DNA of 64,000 nucleotides from Bacteroidia bacterium. Its GTDB lineage: Bacteria > Bacteroidota > Bacteroidia > M30B66. Positions 39,294 through 49,064 of this stretch are shown here, piece by piece. The DNA lies in assembly GCA_965279035.1 (NCBI GenBank), contig OZ257142.1:608001-672000 (forward strand). Reading direction: 5' to 3'. Made by a program: the position numbers and the translations under genes. Below the pieces are notes generated by a model. It was not told the origin of the DNA. It saw only the letters and a list, made by a program, of their open reading frames with translations, and did not search any database. How positions within the stretch are numbered: the stretch's first letter is position 1; every line of letters starts with the position of its first letter.

Positions 39294-40834
39294 TCATTGG
39301 TTCAAGAGGAAGTGATCTTGCACTGTGGCAAGCACATTTTACCAAAAAACAACTGGAAGATTTAGGACATCCTGTCGAAATCATTATCATTAAAACACGC
39401 GGCGATCAGATTCAACACCTTTCATTTGATAAAATTGAAGGGAAAGGATTTTTCACCAAAGAACTCGAAGAAGCCTTACTCGCTGGTGAAATCGATTTAG
39501 CTGTTCACTCTCACAAAGATTTACCTACTACATTTCCTCCTGGACTTACCATTGCCGGCGTTTCCTATCGCGAAGATTGTTCTGAATCGCTACTCATTCG
39601 TCCCGAGTCATTGGATGAATCTCAATCATTATTACTTAAGAAAAATGCGCGCATTGGAACTTCTTCTTTCCGCCGTCGCTCTCAACTTCTTGCCCTTCGA
39701 AATGATTTGCAAATAAGCGATCTCCGAGGAAATGTTCCTACACGTGTGGATAAACTTCGACATGGAAATTATGATGCGATCGTTTTAGCTTCAGCTGGAT
39801 TGAATCGTCTCGCATTGGATTTAAGTGATCTCAAACGTGTAATTCTTTCACCTCATTTTTTTGTTCCTGCACCAGCACAAGGTGTTTTGGCTTTTCAAAT
39901 TCGTGAAGAAGATGTAGAAATGAAACACATCGTATCGCGAATTCATCATGAGGATGTTTCAATGGCAATTTCTGCCGAACGTGCGGTTCTCAACCGTCTT
40001 GATGGTGGCTGCCTTTTACCTTTGGGTGTTTTTTGTCAACCTATTTCTGATGGCTACCGACTTTGGGCTTCTTTACAACCATTAGATGGAAAGCCATTTC
40101 GACGAATTTATATCCAAGGGAAACAGCCGGAACAACTTGCTCAACAAGCCCTAGATGTATTAACACGAACAGAATCTCGTCATGTTTTTATAAGTAGAGA
40201 AGCTGAGACTTCAAGTGCATTTATAGATCAGGTTCGAGATTATGGATTTGAAGTAAATGCATTTTCACCGCTTCAATTCGAAGCAATTGAAATTCGAACT
40301 TTGCCACTTGCTGATTGGGTTTTCTTTTCCAGTCCTCGATCAGTGGAATTCTTTTACAATCAACATATTCAATTACCAGTTCATTGTCGAATTGCAGCCT
40401 TGGGTTCAGGAACTCTCTCAGCCTTAAATGAGCTTGGTTTGCATGCCGATTTTATTGGAAGCGATGAGGATACTCATACAACAGGAATTTCATTTTCTAA
40501 AATTGCGAAAGGAAAAACAATCGTATTCCCTTGTGCGGAACAAAGCCTTCGGTCAATACAAACTGTATTAGAAGAAAATGCGGATGTTCACGATTTGCCA
40601 GTTTACCGCACCTCATCAAAATCAACTATCGAAAAAGTAAATGCTGATATTTGGGTATTAACGAGTCCTTCTTCGGTTGAGGCACTTCAAAAGCAATTTG
40701 ATATTTCGAAACACTCCTTCGTGGCTATCGGACAAAGTACAGCTGCTGCTTTATATAAAGCTGGCGTAAAACAGGTGCACATTGCGCCTTATACTAATTT
40801 GCAATCTCTCGCTGACTTAGTATGTGGAATTTAA
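39278..40834 (+). CDS. hemC: Fused hydroxymethylbilane synthase / uroporphyrinogen-III synthase (HemC-HemD)
   Basis: IGSRGSDLALWQ, KGFFTKELE, AVHSHKDLP, GTSSFRR, LRGNVPTR, GGC. The last ~220 aa are HemD-like (VFFSSPRSV, ALGSGT, VYRT, LTSPSSV, AIGQSTA). Confidence 0.9.
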   Translation: MARKVIIGSRGSDLALWQAHFTKKQLEDLGHPVEIIIIKTRGDQIQHLSFDKIEGKGFFTKELEEALLAGEIDLAVHSHKDLPTTFPPGLTIAGVSYREDCSESLLIRPESLDESQSLLLKKNARIGTSSFRRRSQLLALRNDLQISDLRGNVPTRVDKLRHGNYDAIVLASAGLNRLALDLSDLKRVILSPHFFVPAPAQGVLAFQIREEDVEMKHIVSRIHHEDVSMAISAERAVLNRLDGGCLLPLGVFCQPISDGYRLWASLQPLDGKPFRRIYIQGKQPEQLAQQALDVLTRTESRHVFISREAETSSAFIDQVRDYGFEVNAFSPLQFEAIEIRTLPLADWVFFSSPRSVEFFYNQHIQLPVHCRIAALGSGTLSALNELGLHADFIGSDEDTHTTGISFSKIAKGKTIVFPCAEQSLRSIQTVLEENADVHDLPVYRTSSKSTIEKVNADIWVLTSPSSVEALQKQFDISKHSFVAIGQSTAAALYKAGVKQVHIAPYTNLQSLADLVCGI

Positions 40835-42040
40835 TTATTCCGATTCAAGTTCATTAATAGTCAGCCAAGCCATCAATCCCATTCCAGTAATCAAGGCTTC
40901 TTCATTGATATCGAATGTGGATGTATGAACTCCTGATGTAAAGGCACCATTGTCGCCTGCTGTTCCCAATCGATAAAAACATGCAGGATATTCTTGGGCA
41001 ATCCAGGCAAAGTCTTCGGCGGTCATTCGTTTTTGCAATAATTCCACATTCTCTTTTCCAAGAAAGTCTTCTGCTGCTAGTTGACAACGATTAGTTAAAG
41101 CTTCATTATTGTCAAGAACCGGATATCCTTTTCGAATTTCTACCTCGGCTTTTACTCCAAATGCATGAGCTGTTTCGATGCATATTCGGTGGATGTGTTC
41201 ATGAGCTCGCATTCGCCAATGTTCGTCCATTGTTCTGAATGTTCCTTCCATTTTTACTTCATCTGGAATCACATTGGTAGCACCATCGGCAATGACTTTT
41301 CCAATGGATAAAACAGTTGAAACTCCTGGTGCAGCTAGTCTGCTTGCAATTTGTTGAAGGGCGATGATTAAATGTGCCGCAGCTAAAATGGGATCATTTA
41401 CTTGATGCGGCATAGCACCATGTCCACCTTTGCCTCGAACTGTAATGTATATTTCATCAGTAGAAGCCATGTATTTACCTGCACGAAAACCTACTTTTCC
41501 CGCAGGCAATGAAGGAAATACATGTTGAGCCAAAACGGATGCTGGTTTTTTATCATCAAAAATGCCTTCTTCCATCATCAATCGCGCACCTCCTGGTAGT
41601 TTTTCTTCTCCGGGCTGAAACACTAGAAGGACTTCACCTTTCCATTCACTTCTTAGTTTTTGAAGGATGATTCCGGCACCTAGGACACAGGCCGAATGAA
41701 CATCATGTCCACAAGCATGCATCACACCTTTATTCACCGAGCAATAATCACTTGAATTTATTTCTTGAATTGGTAACGCATCCATATCGCCTCGCAAGGC
41801 AATGGTTTTTCCGTTTCCATTTCCTTCTATCAGGGCGCGAATACCCGTACCAACCCAACCAGATGTAAACGGAATCGCATATTCGTTGAGTTTGGTTTGA
41901 AGAAAGGCACTGGTCTCATTTTCTTCGAATGATAATTCAGGATGTTGATGAATATGCCTACGTATATCACGAATCAATGGAAACAAACTCTTGGCTTCTT
42001 CCTGAATGCACTGTTTTAATTGTTCTTTGGAGATGCTCAT
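40835..42040 (-). CDS. M20D amidohydrolase
   Basis: RRHIHQHPELS, LRGDMDALP, MHACGHD, FQPGEE, AEDF. Start MSISKE (42040) overlaps the upstream stop. Confidence 0.92.
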   Translation of the reverse strand: MSISKEQLKQCIQEEAKSLFPLIRDIRRHIHQHPELSFEENETSAFLQTKLNEYAIPFTSGWVGTGIRALIEGNGNGKTIALRGDMDALPIQEINSSDYCSVNKGVMHACGHDVHSACVLGAGIILQKLRSEWKGEVLLVFQPGEEKLPGGARLMMEEGIFDDKKPASVLAQHVFPSLPAGKVGFRAGKYMASTDEIYITVRGKGGHGAMPHQVNDPILAAAHLIIALQQIASRLAAPGVSTVLSIGKVIADGATNVIPDEVKMEGTFRTMDEHWRMRAHEHIHRICIETAHAFGVKAEVEIRKGYPVLDNNEALTNRCQLAAEDFLGKENVELLQKRMTAEDFAWIAQEYPACFYRLGTAGDNGAFTSGVHTSTFDINEEALITGMGLMAWLTINELESE

Positions 42041-42423
42041 TTGGTAAAAATCATTTTCAAAGCGATTAATAAAATGAACACTCCAAATATTTTTCTCAGC
42101 ATGGATTCTTCTATGTTTACGGCTATTTTGGAGCCTAGCCAAGCACCAATTACGAAGGTTGCTCCTATAATCAAACTGTATTTAAAATTGAGGCTTCCTT
42201 CTTTGTAGTAATTGATGGCTGCCATAAATCCAACTGGCATAAGTAACATTCCAATCGAAACACCTTGCGCTTGTTGTTGTGTCATACTTAAAAAATAAAC
42301 GAGTGCTGGAACAATGATAATTCCACCACCAATTCCAACCATTCCACTCGCAATGCCTGCAATTATTCCAATAATGAGTAAGGTAATGATGATCGTCAAA
42401 TCCATAGGTTTTTTATTAGGCAT
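42037..42423 (-). CDS. Half-size TauE/SafE (sulfite exporter family) membrane protein
   Basis: SGMVGIGGGIIIVP, AQGVS; about 4 TM segments. Confidence 0.85.
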   Translation of the reverse strand: MPNKKPMDLTIIITLLIIGIIAGIASGMVGIGGGIIIVPALVYFLSMTQQQAQGVSIGMLLMPVGFMAAINYYKEGSLNFKYSLIIGATFVIGAWLGSKIAVNIEESMLRKIFGVFILLIALKMIFTK

Positions 42424-42426
42424 GTT

Positions 42427-45400
42427 TCAAAAATCTGTCGTGAAAGAAAGGTAATAAACAGCAGGTAACAAAGTTCCATCTTCTAGTCCTCGCGCCATAT
42501 CAAATCGGACAAAATACCCTAAAATACGTGTTCTAAGTCCGAAGCCAAAGCCCGCAACAATGGGTTCTCGTTGGTTTTTAAGAACGACTTTGATGGGACC
42601 ACTTTCGATGGTTTTTTGGTTAAAAGTATTGTTTTCAGAATAAGGTGAAGAACCTGTAAATGCAGTTCCAACATCTGTAAAACCTACTACTTGGATGTTG
42701 TTTAGTAAGTCCGATTTTAAAGGATATTTTGCAAAATAACGCACCATATTCCAGCGAAGTTCTCCATTGAAAACGGCGAAGCTAGATCCGTTCCGAATAT
42801 TCTGATAAAATCCTCGTACGTTGGTTCCAAGTGTTTGGAAAATATAATGTTGTGAAGGATCATCTGCCACAGAGTTATCAAATTTTGGAATAAACCAAGA
42901 ATCAACTCCACCAAGATAAAACATCAATTTATTCGGCCCAAACGACGTAGCTCCCGCCAAACGAGCAGCCCAAATCATTTCACGCATGATTCGACCATAT
43001 TGTCGAAAATCAGCACCCAAAATAGTAACTGAAGCTTTGGCAGCATTCAGTTGATGAAAATGTTCTGCAGTGATTTTTAAGCGCGTTCCCGTCATCATAT
43101 TCAAACCCATTGGGAATGAATTATCTAATACAAATTCGGTTTTTAATTGTGCCCAATGTGAATACGTGGTTGGACGTGAAAGTCTTGCCAAATCAGTAGC
43201 TAAAAAAACTGAACGATCGTTTCGATACGAAAGGCTTCCATCAATTCGTGAAACTTCAGAAAATGGATAGGATAATTTTCCACTTATTGTATGAACGAGA
43301 ACTCTAGAACCATCATTGGTATTGGATTGTAAGCCCTGACGGTGAAAAATTAGTGTTCGATCGAGCCGTTTTTTCATCGACTGAAATGCCAGCAAATATT
43401 CATTTCCCGTTAAATTCCCAGCAAGTCGAAGGCCTCCCGTTATGCGAAAATCTTCAAATAAATCGGCTAAGCCAACTCGAAAAAGTCCATTGATTGCTGG
43501 GTTTTGATAATCACTTCCTGTATAAGGTTGATAGGTGAGATTTAAAAATCCGCGATCTATCTGAGTCACTAAATAATCTTGGTAATAGGCTGTTTCATAC
43601 AAACGTTGGCGAGTGAGTTTAAACGTATCTTGATTTGATATTGCCGGAGCATTGGGTGTGATTAGATCGGATTTGACAGTTTTATCATCACCGAAAACCA
43701 CAATTCGCCTTACTTTGGAACTACCCACCGATTTTTGTTTCGGCTTTTCTTCGGCCTTCTTAACCGTAATTGGATTTAGTTGCATCGCCCATGTAGTTGT
43801 TGGTAATGCAGCTGTTTTTACTAAACCAGAATCTAACTTTGTTTGAAGAATACTGGTTCTTTGATTCCGTTCAATTAATTCTACAATTTTCCCTTCGGAG
43901 TTAATGCAGTGTTCTAAAATGCCCTGTTTGTAATTGGTTTGAGGGTTTGATACAAGAAAATATCGGTAATGAATTAATGTATCTATATAGGCTATACTAC
44001 TGTCGAAATGCGCTGTATAACGATTGACTATACCATTTTGATCGCTCAAATAGATAAGTTGATTGTTGCTTAAAGGAATTGCCTGTTGTTCGTGGATGAG
44101 AGGAGTAAAAGTGAGCCTGCGTACTACCTCTTCTTTCAAAAATGGATTAATCAGAAAAAGATCATGTGCTGCCAACGGAATTAGTGGTGTATTGCTTGGC
44201 ACATTCAACGAATCACTTGGCCTATTGGAGCTGAAAAGTATTCGCTCTCCATCAGGCATCCAAGCGGGATTCGATTCGTCCCATTCATCATGCGTGAGCG
44301 CTTGAAACGTATTGGAAATATTGTTGAATAGAAAAAGATCTGTTCGTCCATCTTTCAAGGCAATCATGGCCATGTTTTTCCCATTGGGAGCGATGGAAAG
44401 ACTCATTACTTTTTGAACTTGATCGAGGAATTTCCGCTGGATAGAACCATCTTTTACAGAATAAAAATTCAAACGCAGTCGACTCTTAAATTCATCGCAA
44501 TACACCAAATATTCTCCATTTGGATGCCACGTCAACACAGGATAACTCATGTCGTTCAAGGTTGGAAGTTTCTTCCCAATTCGCATGATTTTTTTACGTT
44601 TTCCTGTTTGGTTGTCTTTTAGGAAAAGGACGTTTTTACCAAACTCATTCCTCACCCAAGCCAAGTACTTTCCATCTTGACTTAGTTTAACTTCTCTGTA
44701 AATGGCTCCTTTTCGATAGCGTCCAGAAATGAGTTCACCTTTGTTTTCTTGGTAAAGCGTATCACTAAAAAAATAACGTTTGTCGTAATAATGAATCCAT
44801 TCTTGAGTCAAACTTCTAATACCAATCCCTAAAACCAATTCAAATCCAGTATCAACACTACGACTAACACGCGTCATTTCAACAATTTCGGGGATAACTT
44901 TTGATCCATACGTTGCAGCGATATAATGCCAAATAGATTCTCCTGCTATGGCAGCATCGTCTCCTTCGATGTGGTTGAATTTCAAAAATCGCCCACTAAT
45001 AATTCCATCTCGAACTTGATCATCAGTTCGTGTATTCCATGGACGGCTCATCCAAGACACTAAACCTTTATGAAACCAATCGGGAATATTGAGTAAGGTT
45101 GAACTTCGAAGTCGATCACGGAAGTCACTCCCATAAAGGAATTCATTCACAAACGATTCTGCAACACCCGATCTGATTTGTTCTGCAAAAGCGACAGTTC
45201 CTTTTTCATAATAAAGCAACACTTTGCTACCTACCATGCGTGTTGTGCCACCTAAATTATTCTGGCTTTGACCACCAAGTCCAACATTGCTTTGTTTTAA
45301 ATCCGAAAGCCGATCAAAAACGAGTAATTGCAATCGGTTTTCTAGCGTGTAATCGAAGAGTTGTTCGTATTCCGATAAGGTGATTTGTGCAGTTTGAGCA

Positions 45401-45591
45401 ACACGTTTTGAGAGCTCTTTTCCTCCTGAATAAAAATAAACGTCCATACGATCGTAACGGTAAAACGACCATTCTATCGGCTTATACTGAATTCTGTTTT
45501 TCCCAAAATCCATCCTCGACCCATTGTAAAACTGAGCGTTGACGGGAAAAGCAAACAGAATAAATAAAATGTGGACAGCTAATTTTCGCAC
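42427..45591 (-). CDS. Omp85-superfamily protein with TolB/PD40 propeller region (WD40-Omp85-like)
   Basis: Signal peptide, FGKNRIQY N-terminus, PD40-like repeats (LSQDGK, WHPNG, IAPNGK, PAWMPDG), C-terminal barrel with the VRGF motif and terminal Phe. Confidence 0.75.
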   Translation of the reverse strand: MRKLAVHILFILFAFPVNAQFYNGSRMDFGKNRIQYKPIEWSFYRYDRMDVYFYSGGKELSKRVAQTAQITLSEYEQLFDYTLENRLQLLVFDRLSDLKQSNVGLGGQSQNNLGGTTRMVGSKVLLYYEKGTVAFAEQIRSGVAESFVNEFLYGSDFRDRLRSSTLLNIPDWFHKGLVSWMSRPWNTRTDDQVRDGIISGRFLKFNHIEGDDAAIAGESIWHYIAATYGSKVIPEIVEMTRVSRSVDTGFELVLGIGIRSLTQEWIHYYDKRYFFSDTLYQENKGELISGRYRKGAIYREVKLSQDGKYLAWVRNEFGKNVLFLKDNQTGKRKKIMRIGKKLPTLNDMSYPVLTWHPNGEYLVYCDEFKSRLRLNFYSVKDGSIQRKFLDQVQKVMSLSIAPNGKNMAMIALKDGRTDLFLFNNISNTFQALTHDEWDESNPAWMPDGERILFSSNRPSDSLNVPSNTPLIPLAAHDLFLINPFLKEEVVRRLTFTPLIHEQQAIPLSNNQLIYLSDQNGIVNRYTAHFDSSIAYIDTLIHYRYFLVSNPQTNYKQGILEHCINSEGKIVELIERNQRTSILQTKLDSGLVKTAALPTTTWAMQLNPITVKKAEEKPKQKSVGSSKVRRIVVFGDDKTVKSDLITPNAPAISNQDTFKLTRQRLYETAYYQDYLVTQIDRGFLNLTYQPYTGSDYQNPAINGLFRVGLADLFEDFRITGGLRLAGNLTGNEYLLAFQSMKKRLDRTLIFHRQGLQSNTNDGSRVLVHTISGKLSYPFSEVSRIDGSLSYRNDRSVFLATDLARLSRPTTYSHWAQLKTEFVLDNSFPMGLNMMTGTRLKITAEHFHQLNAAKASVTILGADFRQYGRIMREMIWAARLAGATSFGPNKLMFYLGGVDSWFIPKFDNSVADDPSQHYIFQTLGTNVRGFYQNIRNGSSFAVFNGELRWNMVRYFAKYPLKSDLLNNIQVVGFTDVGTAFTGSSPYSENNTFNQKTIESGPIKVVLKNQREPIVAGFGFGLRTRILGYFVRFDMARGLEDGTLLPAVYYLSFTTDF

Positions 45592-45646
45592 ACGTATGCG
45601 TTTTGGTAAATGTATGAAAAGCCCTTTATTTAGTGCATCTTACGCT

Positions 45647-46285
45647 ATGCTTCATCTTCATCATTTTACGTTCAATCCTTTTCAGGAAAATACTTGGCTC
45701 ATTTGGGCTGATAATCTTGATTGTTTCATCATCGATCCAGGATGTTATTCTTCGGCGGAGAAGCAAATTCTCAAACGTTTTATCGAAACAAATTCATTGA
45801 ATCCCATACGACTCATCAATACTCATTGTCATATTGATCATGTCCTTGGAAATCCGTTTGTTCATATGACGTATGGATTAAGCCCCGAAATTCATTCGAA
45901 AGAATTGTCCTTGTTATTGGCGGTTGAAGAATATGGGAAAATGTGGGGCATACAATCAGAGCCACAACCAGAACCTATATTAAGTTTAGATTCATTGGAA
46001 GATGCATTCCTTGGAGATGAGCGAATACAACTATTGTTCACACCTGGACATTCACCGGGAGAAATTTGTTTGTATTCTGAAACAAGCGGATTTGTTATAG
46101 CTGGTGATGTTTTATTTCAAAATAGCATTGGAAGAACCGATTTACCGGGTGGTAATATGGATGTTTTATTGAACAGCATTCGAACTCAATTATTTACTCT
46201 GCCCGATACAACTCAGGTTCATTGTGGGCACGGAAATTCAACCCAGATTGGATATGAACGTTTACATAATCCATTTTTGAGATAG
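45647..46285 (+). CDS. MBL-fold metallo-hydrolase (YcbL/glyoxalase II-like)
   Basis: THCHIDH, TPGHSPG, GDVLF, GRTDLPGG, CGHG. Start taken at MLHLH (45647). Confidence 0.93.
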   Translation: MLHLHHFTFNPFQENTWLIWADNLDCFIIDPGCYSSAEKQILKRFIETNSLNPIRLINTHCHIDHVLGNPFVHMTYGLSPEIHSKELSLLLAVEEYGKMWGIQSEPQPEPILSLDSLEDAFLGDERIQLLFTPGHSPGEICLYSETSGFVIAGDVLFQNSIGRTDLPGGNMDVLLNSIRTQLFTLPDTTQVHCGHGNSTQIGYERLHNPFLR

Positions 46286-46320
46286 CTCAAAATCCCTATT
46301 AAATTTGTTTACCCAACTAC

Positions 46321-47232
46321 ATGAAACCAAAAGGAAAAAGTACGGCCTATCTTGAACTTCATACCGCTGTATTTCTTTTTGGATTTACAGGAATTCTCGG
46401 TCGTTTAATTTCGCTCGATGCCGGATTGCTTGTGTGGCATCGCCTCTGGATGACGGCTGTTTTGATGTTTATTTACGTAAAATATATTGGGAAATTTAGG
46501 TTGCTACATTGGAAAGAAATACTACGCATTGCAGCGATTTCTCTAGCCATTGTATTTCACTGGATCCTTTTTTATGGTGCAATAAAATTAGCTAGTGTTT
46601 CGGTGGCGATGATTTGTTTGTCATCAATCACTTTGTTTACTGCTTTGCTAGAACCAATACTGTTTAAAAAATCATTCTCCCCAGTTCAAATTATCTTTTC
46701 TGTTTTAGTCATTGTGGGAGTTTCCTTTATGGCGCAAGATCAACAAGAGCACGTTGTAGGAATCATGGTTGGCTTGGCTTCCGCATTTTTTAGTGCCTTG
46801 TTTACCGTTCTAAATAAATCCATTATAAGTCGTTACGATTCACGTTTGCTTTCCTTGTATGAAATGGCTTTGGGATTTGTTTTATTAACGTTTTTAATGC
46901 CATTAGTCGATATGTGGCTTCCCTTAGGAAACTGGATGCCGGTTCCTAGCGATTGGGGATATTTAATTCTGTTGAGTTTCTTCTGTACTGTTGTTGCCTT
47001 TAATCTGTCCTTAAGTTCGTTGAGGTCGATTAGTGCTTTTACGGTAAATTTAGCGATCAATCTCGAGCCGGTATATGGAATTGCCTTGGCCTTCTTGGTT
47101 TTCCAAGAACATAAATTATTAGGTGCAGGATTTTATATTGGAGCAGTAATTATTTTAGCAACTGTGCTCGGAGAAGTTCTTTGGAAACGTAACAGAGAAA
47201 AGAAATTCGCAACTACCAAGGTGAAAATTTAA
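46321..47232 (+). CDS. DMT/EamA family transporter
   Basis: About 10 TM segments in two EamA repeats (FTALLEP, INLEPVYG). Confidence 0.9.
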   Translation: MKPKGKSTAYLELHTAVFLFGFTGILGRLISLDAGLLVWHRLWMTAVLMFIYVKYIGKFRLLHWKEILRIAAISLAIVFHWILFYGAIKLASVSVAMICLSSITLFTALLEPILFKKSFSPVQIIFSVLVIVGVSFMAQDQQEHVVGIMVGLASAFFSALFTVLNKSIISRYDSRLLSLYEMALGFVLLTFLMPLVDMWLPLGNWMPVPSDWGYLILLSFFCTVVAFNLSLSSLRSISAFTVNLAINLEPVYGIALAFLVFQEHKLLGAGFYIGAVIILATVLGEVLWKRNREKKFATTKVKI

Positions 47233-48367
47233 TTCCGAAAAAGATCCCATTAAGTGTATAATCGAAACCTTCCAACGTTTCAATTCTTTTTTCGTGAGTT
47301 GCCGAAATATAAGCGTTAAGCTTTCTATTGGGAAACCAGTTAAGTGATGCCCCTATGCGCGATTGGGTGATGTCATACGAATTGTTGATCAAGAAACCAT
47401 TGTTTTCGATGATGTTTCGTGTATTCCCAGAATAATAATCCAAGCCCAACCAGAATTTGTTGGATATTCTAATTTGGATAGAAGGCTTATGTACCCAATT
47501 GATTGAACTGTTTTGCTGTTGTGAAATCACCTGGTATTTAAAGATTACAGTGCTATTTCCCTCGGGATACCATGTTATTCCTGCCGTTTCTTGAATTTGA
47601 TTATCGTAATTCATATTACCAGCATCCACATTCAAATCAACATCCCAATTGCTAATCGATTTTCGAATTCCAAATCCTCCAACTTGATGTTGCAAAAAAT
47701 GTTGGCTTTTATCATTATAGTTCACCACAATATCGAGGTAGGAGAAATTACCTCGAATAGAAAAACCCGTTCGATTTTGCCAGTTTACATATCCCGAATA
47801 CACCTGTTGTTTGACTAGCGAATAATAATTCGATTGACCAATATTGGAATAGGCAGCATGAATAAAAAGAGATGGATGTGGCGACAAATTAACTCCAAAG
47901 GAGCTATATTTTAAATTACCAATTGCGTCACTATTACTGTTTTTAGAACCTATATCAGCTGTTATGGAATTTAAAGATTCTGTTTTATAACGAGCTTGTT
48001 TTGTTGCTCCTAAGTTCAACAATTGTTTGCCAACAAGGACTGCTTCCTGAGTTCTCCCACATTCTCTCAAAGCAGCTTCTAAATACAAAAGAGAAAAAGT
48101 ATCTGCCGAATTTAAACGTGTAGCTCGCCGAAATTCATCTATTGCAATTCGGTATTTCTTCAATCGAAAGGCTGCTTCTCCAAGTCGATATCTTAAAAAG
48201 TAATATTCTTGACCACTTACCTTAATTAAATCTTTTCGATGATTATACAGCGAATCCCATTGTCCACCAAGATACCATGTGTATGAAGTTAATTCAGGAT
48301 CAGCCTCGATTGTCTGCGCAGAAACCCTTCCAACCAAGAGAATAATAAATAGAAATAAAACACGCAT
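47213..48367 (-). CDS. Exported protein with N-terminal TPR-like helices and a probable C-terminal beta-barrel
   Basis: Signal peptide from MRVLF; YRLGEAAFRLKKYRIAIDEFRRATRLN; beta-rich remainder ending FFGIKFSPW. Confidence 0.65.
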   Translation of the reverse strand: MRVLFLFIILLVGRVSAQTIEADPELTSYTWYLGGQWDSLYNHRKDLIKVSGQEYYFLRYRLGEAAFRLKKYRIAIDEFRRATRLNSADTFSLLYLEAALRECGRTQEAVLVGKQLLNLGATKQARYKTESLNSITADIGSKNSNSDAIGNLKYSSFGVNLSPHPSLFIHAAYSNIGQSNYYSLVKQQVYSGYVNWQNRTGFSIRGNFSYLDIVVNYNDKSQHFLQHQVGGFGIRKSISNWDVDLNVDAGNMNYDNQIQETAGITWYPEGNSTVIFKYQVISQQQNSSINWVHKPSIQIRISNKFWLGLDYYSGNTRNIIENNGFLINNSYDITQSRIGASLNWFPNRKLNAYISATHEKRIETLEGFDYTLNGIFFGIKFSPW

Positions 48368-48429
48368 CGGCGACAAAGATGGTTCAATCACCGAAGAGTT
48401 TAAAATGAAAAAATATTTAATAATTGAAT

Positions 48430-48476
48430 TTATCCAACACTTCCTTCCAAACGAACGGAATTAGTTTTTGTGCTTC
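48430..48476 (-). repeat. Degenerate direct-repeat copy of the sufB 3' end
   Basis: 45 of 48 positions identical to 49823-49870, including the stop codon; two substitutions and a 1-bp deletion. Confidence 0.92.
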
Positions 48477-48550
48477 CTCAGCAAACCAGAATGTAGAGAT
48501 TTTGGTTGACAAATATGTTTCTATGTAAGCATATTGGATTACAATAGTGA

Positions 48551-48580
48551 ACAAATGTAAATAATATCATTTACATTTGT
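48551..48580. promoter_or_regulatory. Perfect 12-bp inverted repeat containing back-to-back -7 boxes (candidate operator and bidirectional promoter)
   Basis: ACAAATGTAAAT-AATATC-ATTTACATTTGT; TACATTTG on + (48572-48579) and on - (48552-48559). Confidence 0.7.
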
Positions 48581-48602
48581 GTGTTAAAAATTCATGTGCC
48601 TT

Positions 48603-49064
48603 ATGAGGACAACGAAAAAATTACTTGTTGAACAGCTAGATAGAAAATTGAAACCCTTTTTTGGAACAGAGAAAGTTATTGTTCCAGATCAAGGATGGAT
48701 AAACAACATTAGAAAAACTCTAAATATGACATTAGAGCAATTGGGCAGTAAGCTAAATGTAACTCGACAAGGAGCAAAAAAAATTGAAATGAGTGAAGCG
48801 CAAGGAACAATTTCATTGAAATCAATGAAAGAAATTGGAGGAGTTCTAAATATGCAATTCGTATATGGCTTCGTACCAAAAGATGGTTCGATAGAAAATT
48901 TGATAAACCACAAAGCCGAAGAACTTGCTAGAAAAATTGTTTTGCGAACAAATCAAAATATGAAACTAGAAAACCAAGGAAATACTGAGGAGCAAATAAT
49001 AAGGGCAATTAACGATTTGACAAATGAAATAAAAAGAGAATTGAATAAATCTTTATGGGATTAG
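48603..49064 (+). CDS. Mobile mystery protein A (XRE HTH)
   Basis: VPDQGWINNIRKTLNMTLEQLGSKL...EMSEAQGTISLKSM...FVYGFVP...MKLENQ, ending LWD; overlaps the Fic gene. An alternative start at 48594 is possible. Confidence 0.9.
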   Translation: MRTTKKLLVEQLDRKLKPFFGTEKVIVPDQGWINNIRKTLNMTLEQLGSKLNVTRQGAKKIEMSEAQGTISLKSMKEIGGVLNMQFVYGFVPKDGSIENLINHKAEELARKIVLRTNQNMKLENQGNTEEQIIRAINDLTNEIKRELNKSLWD

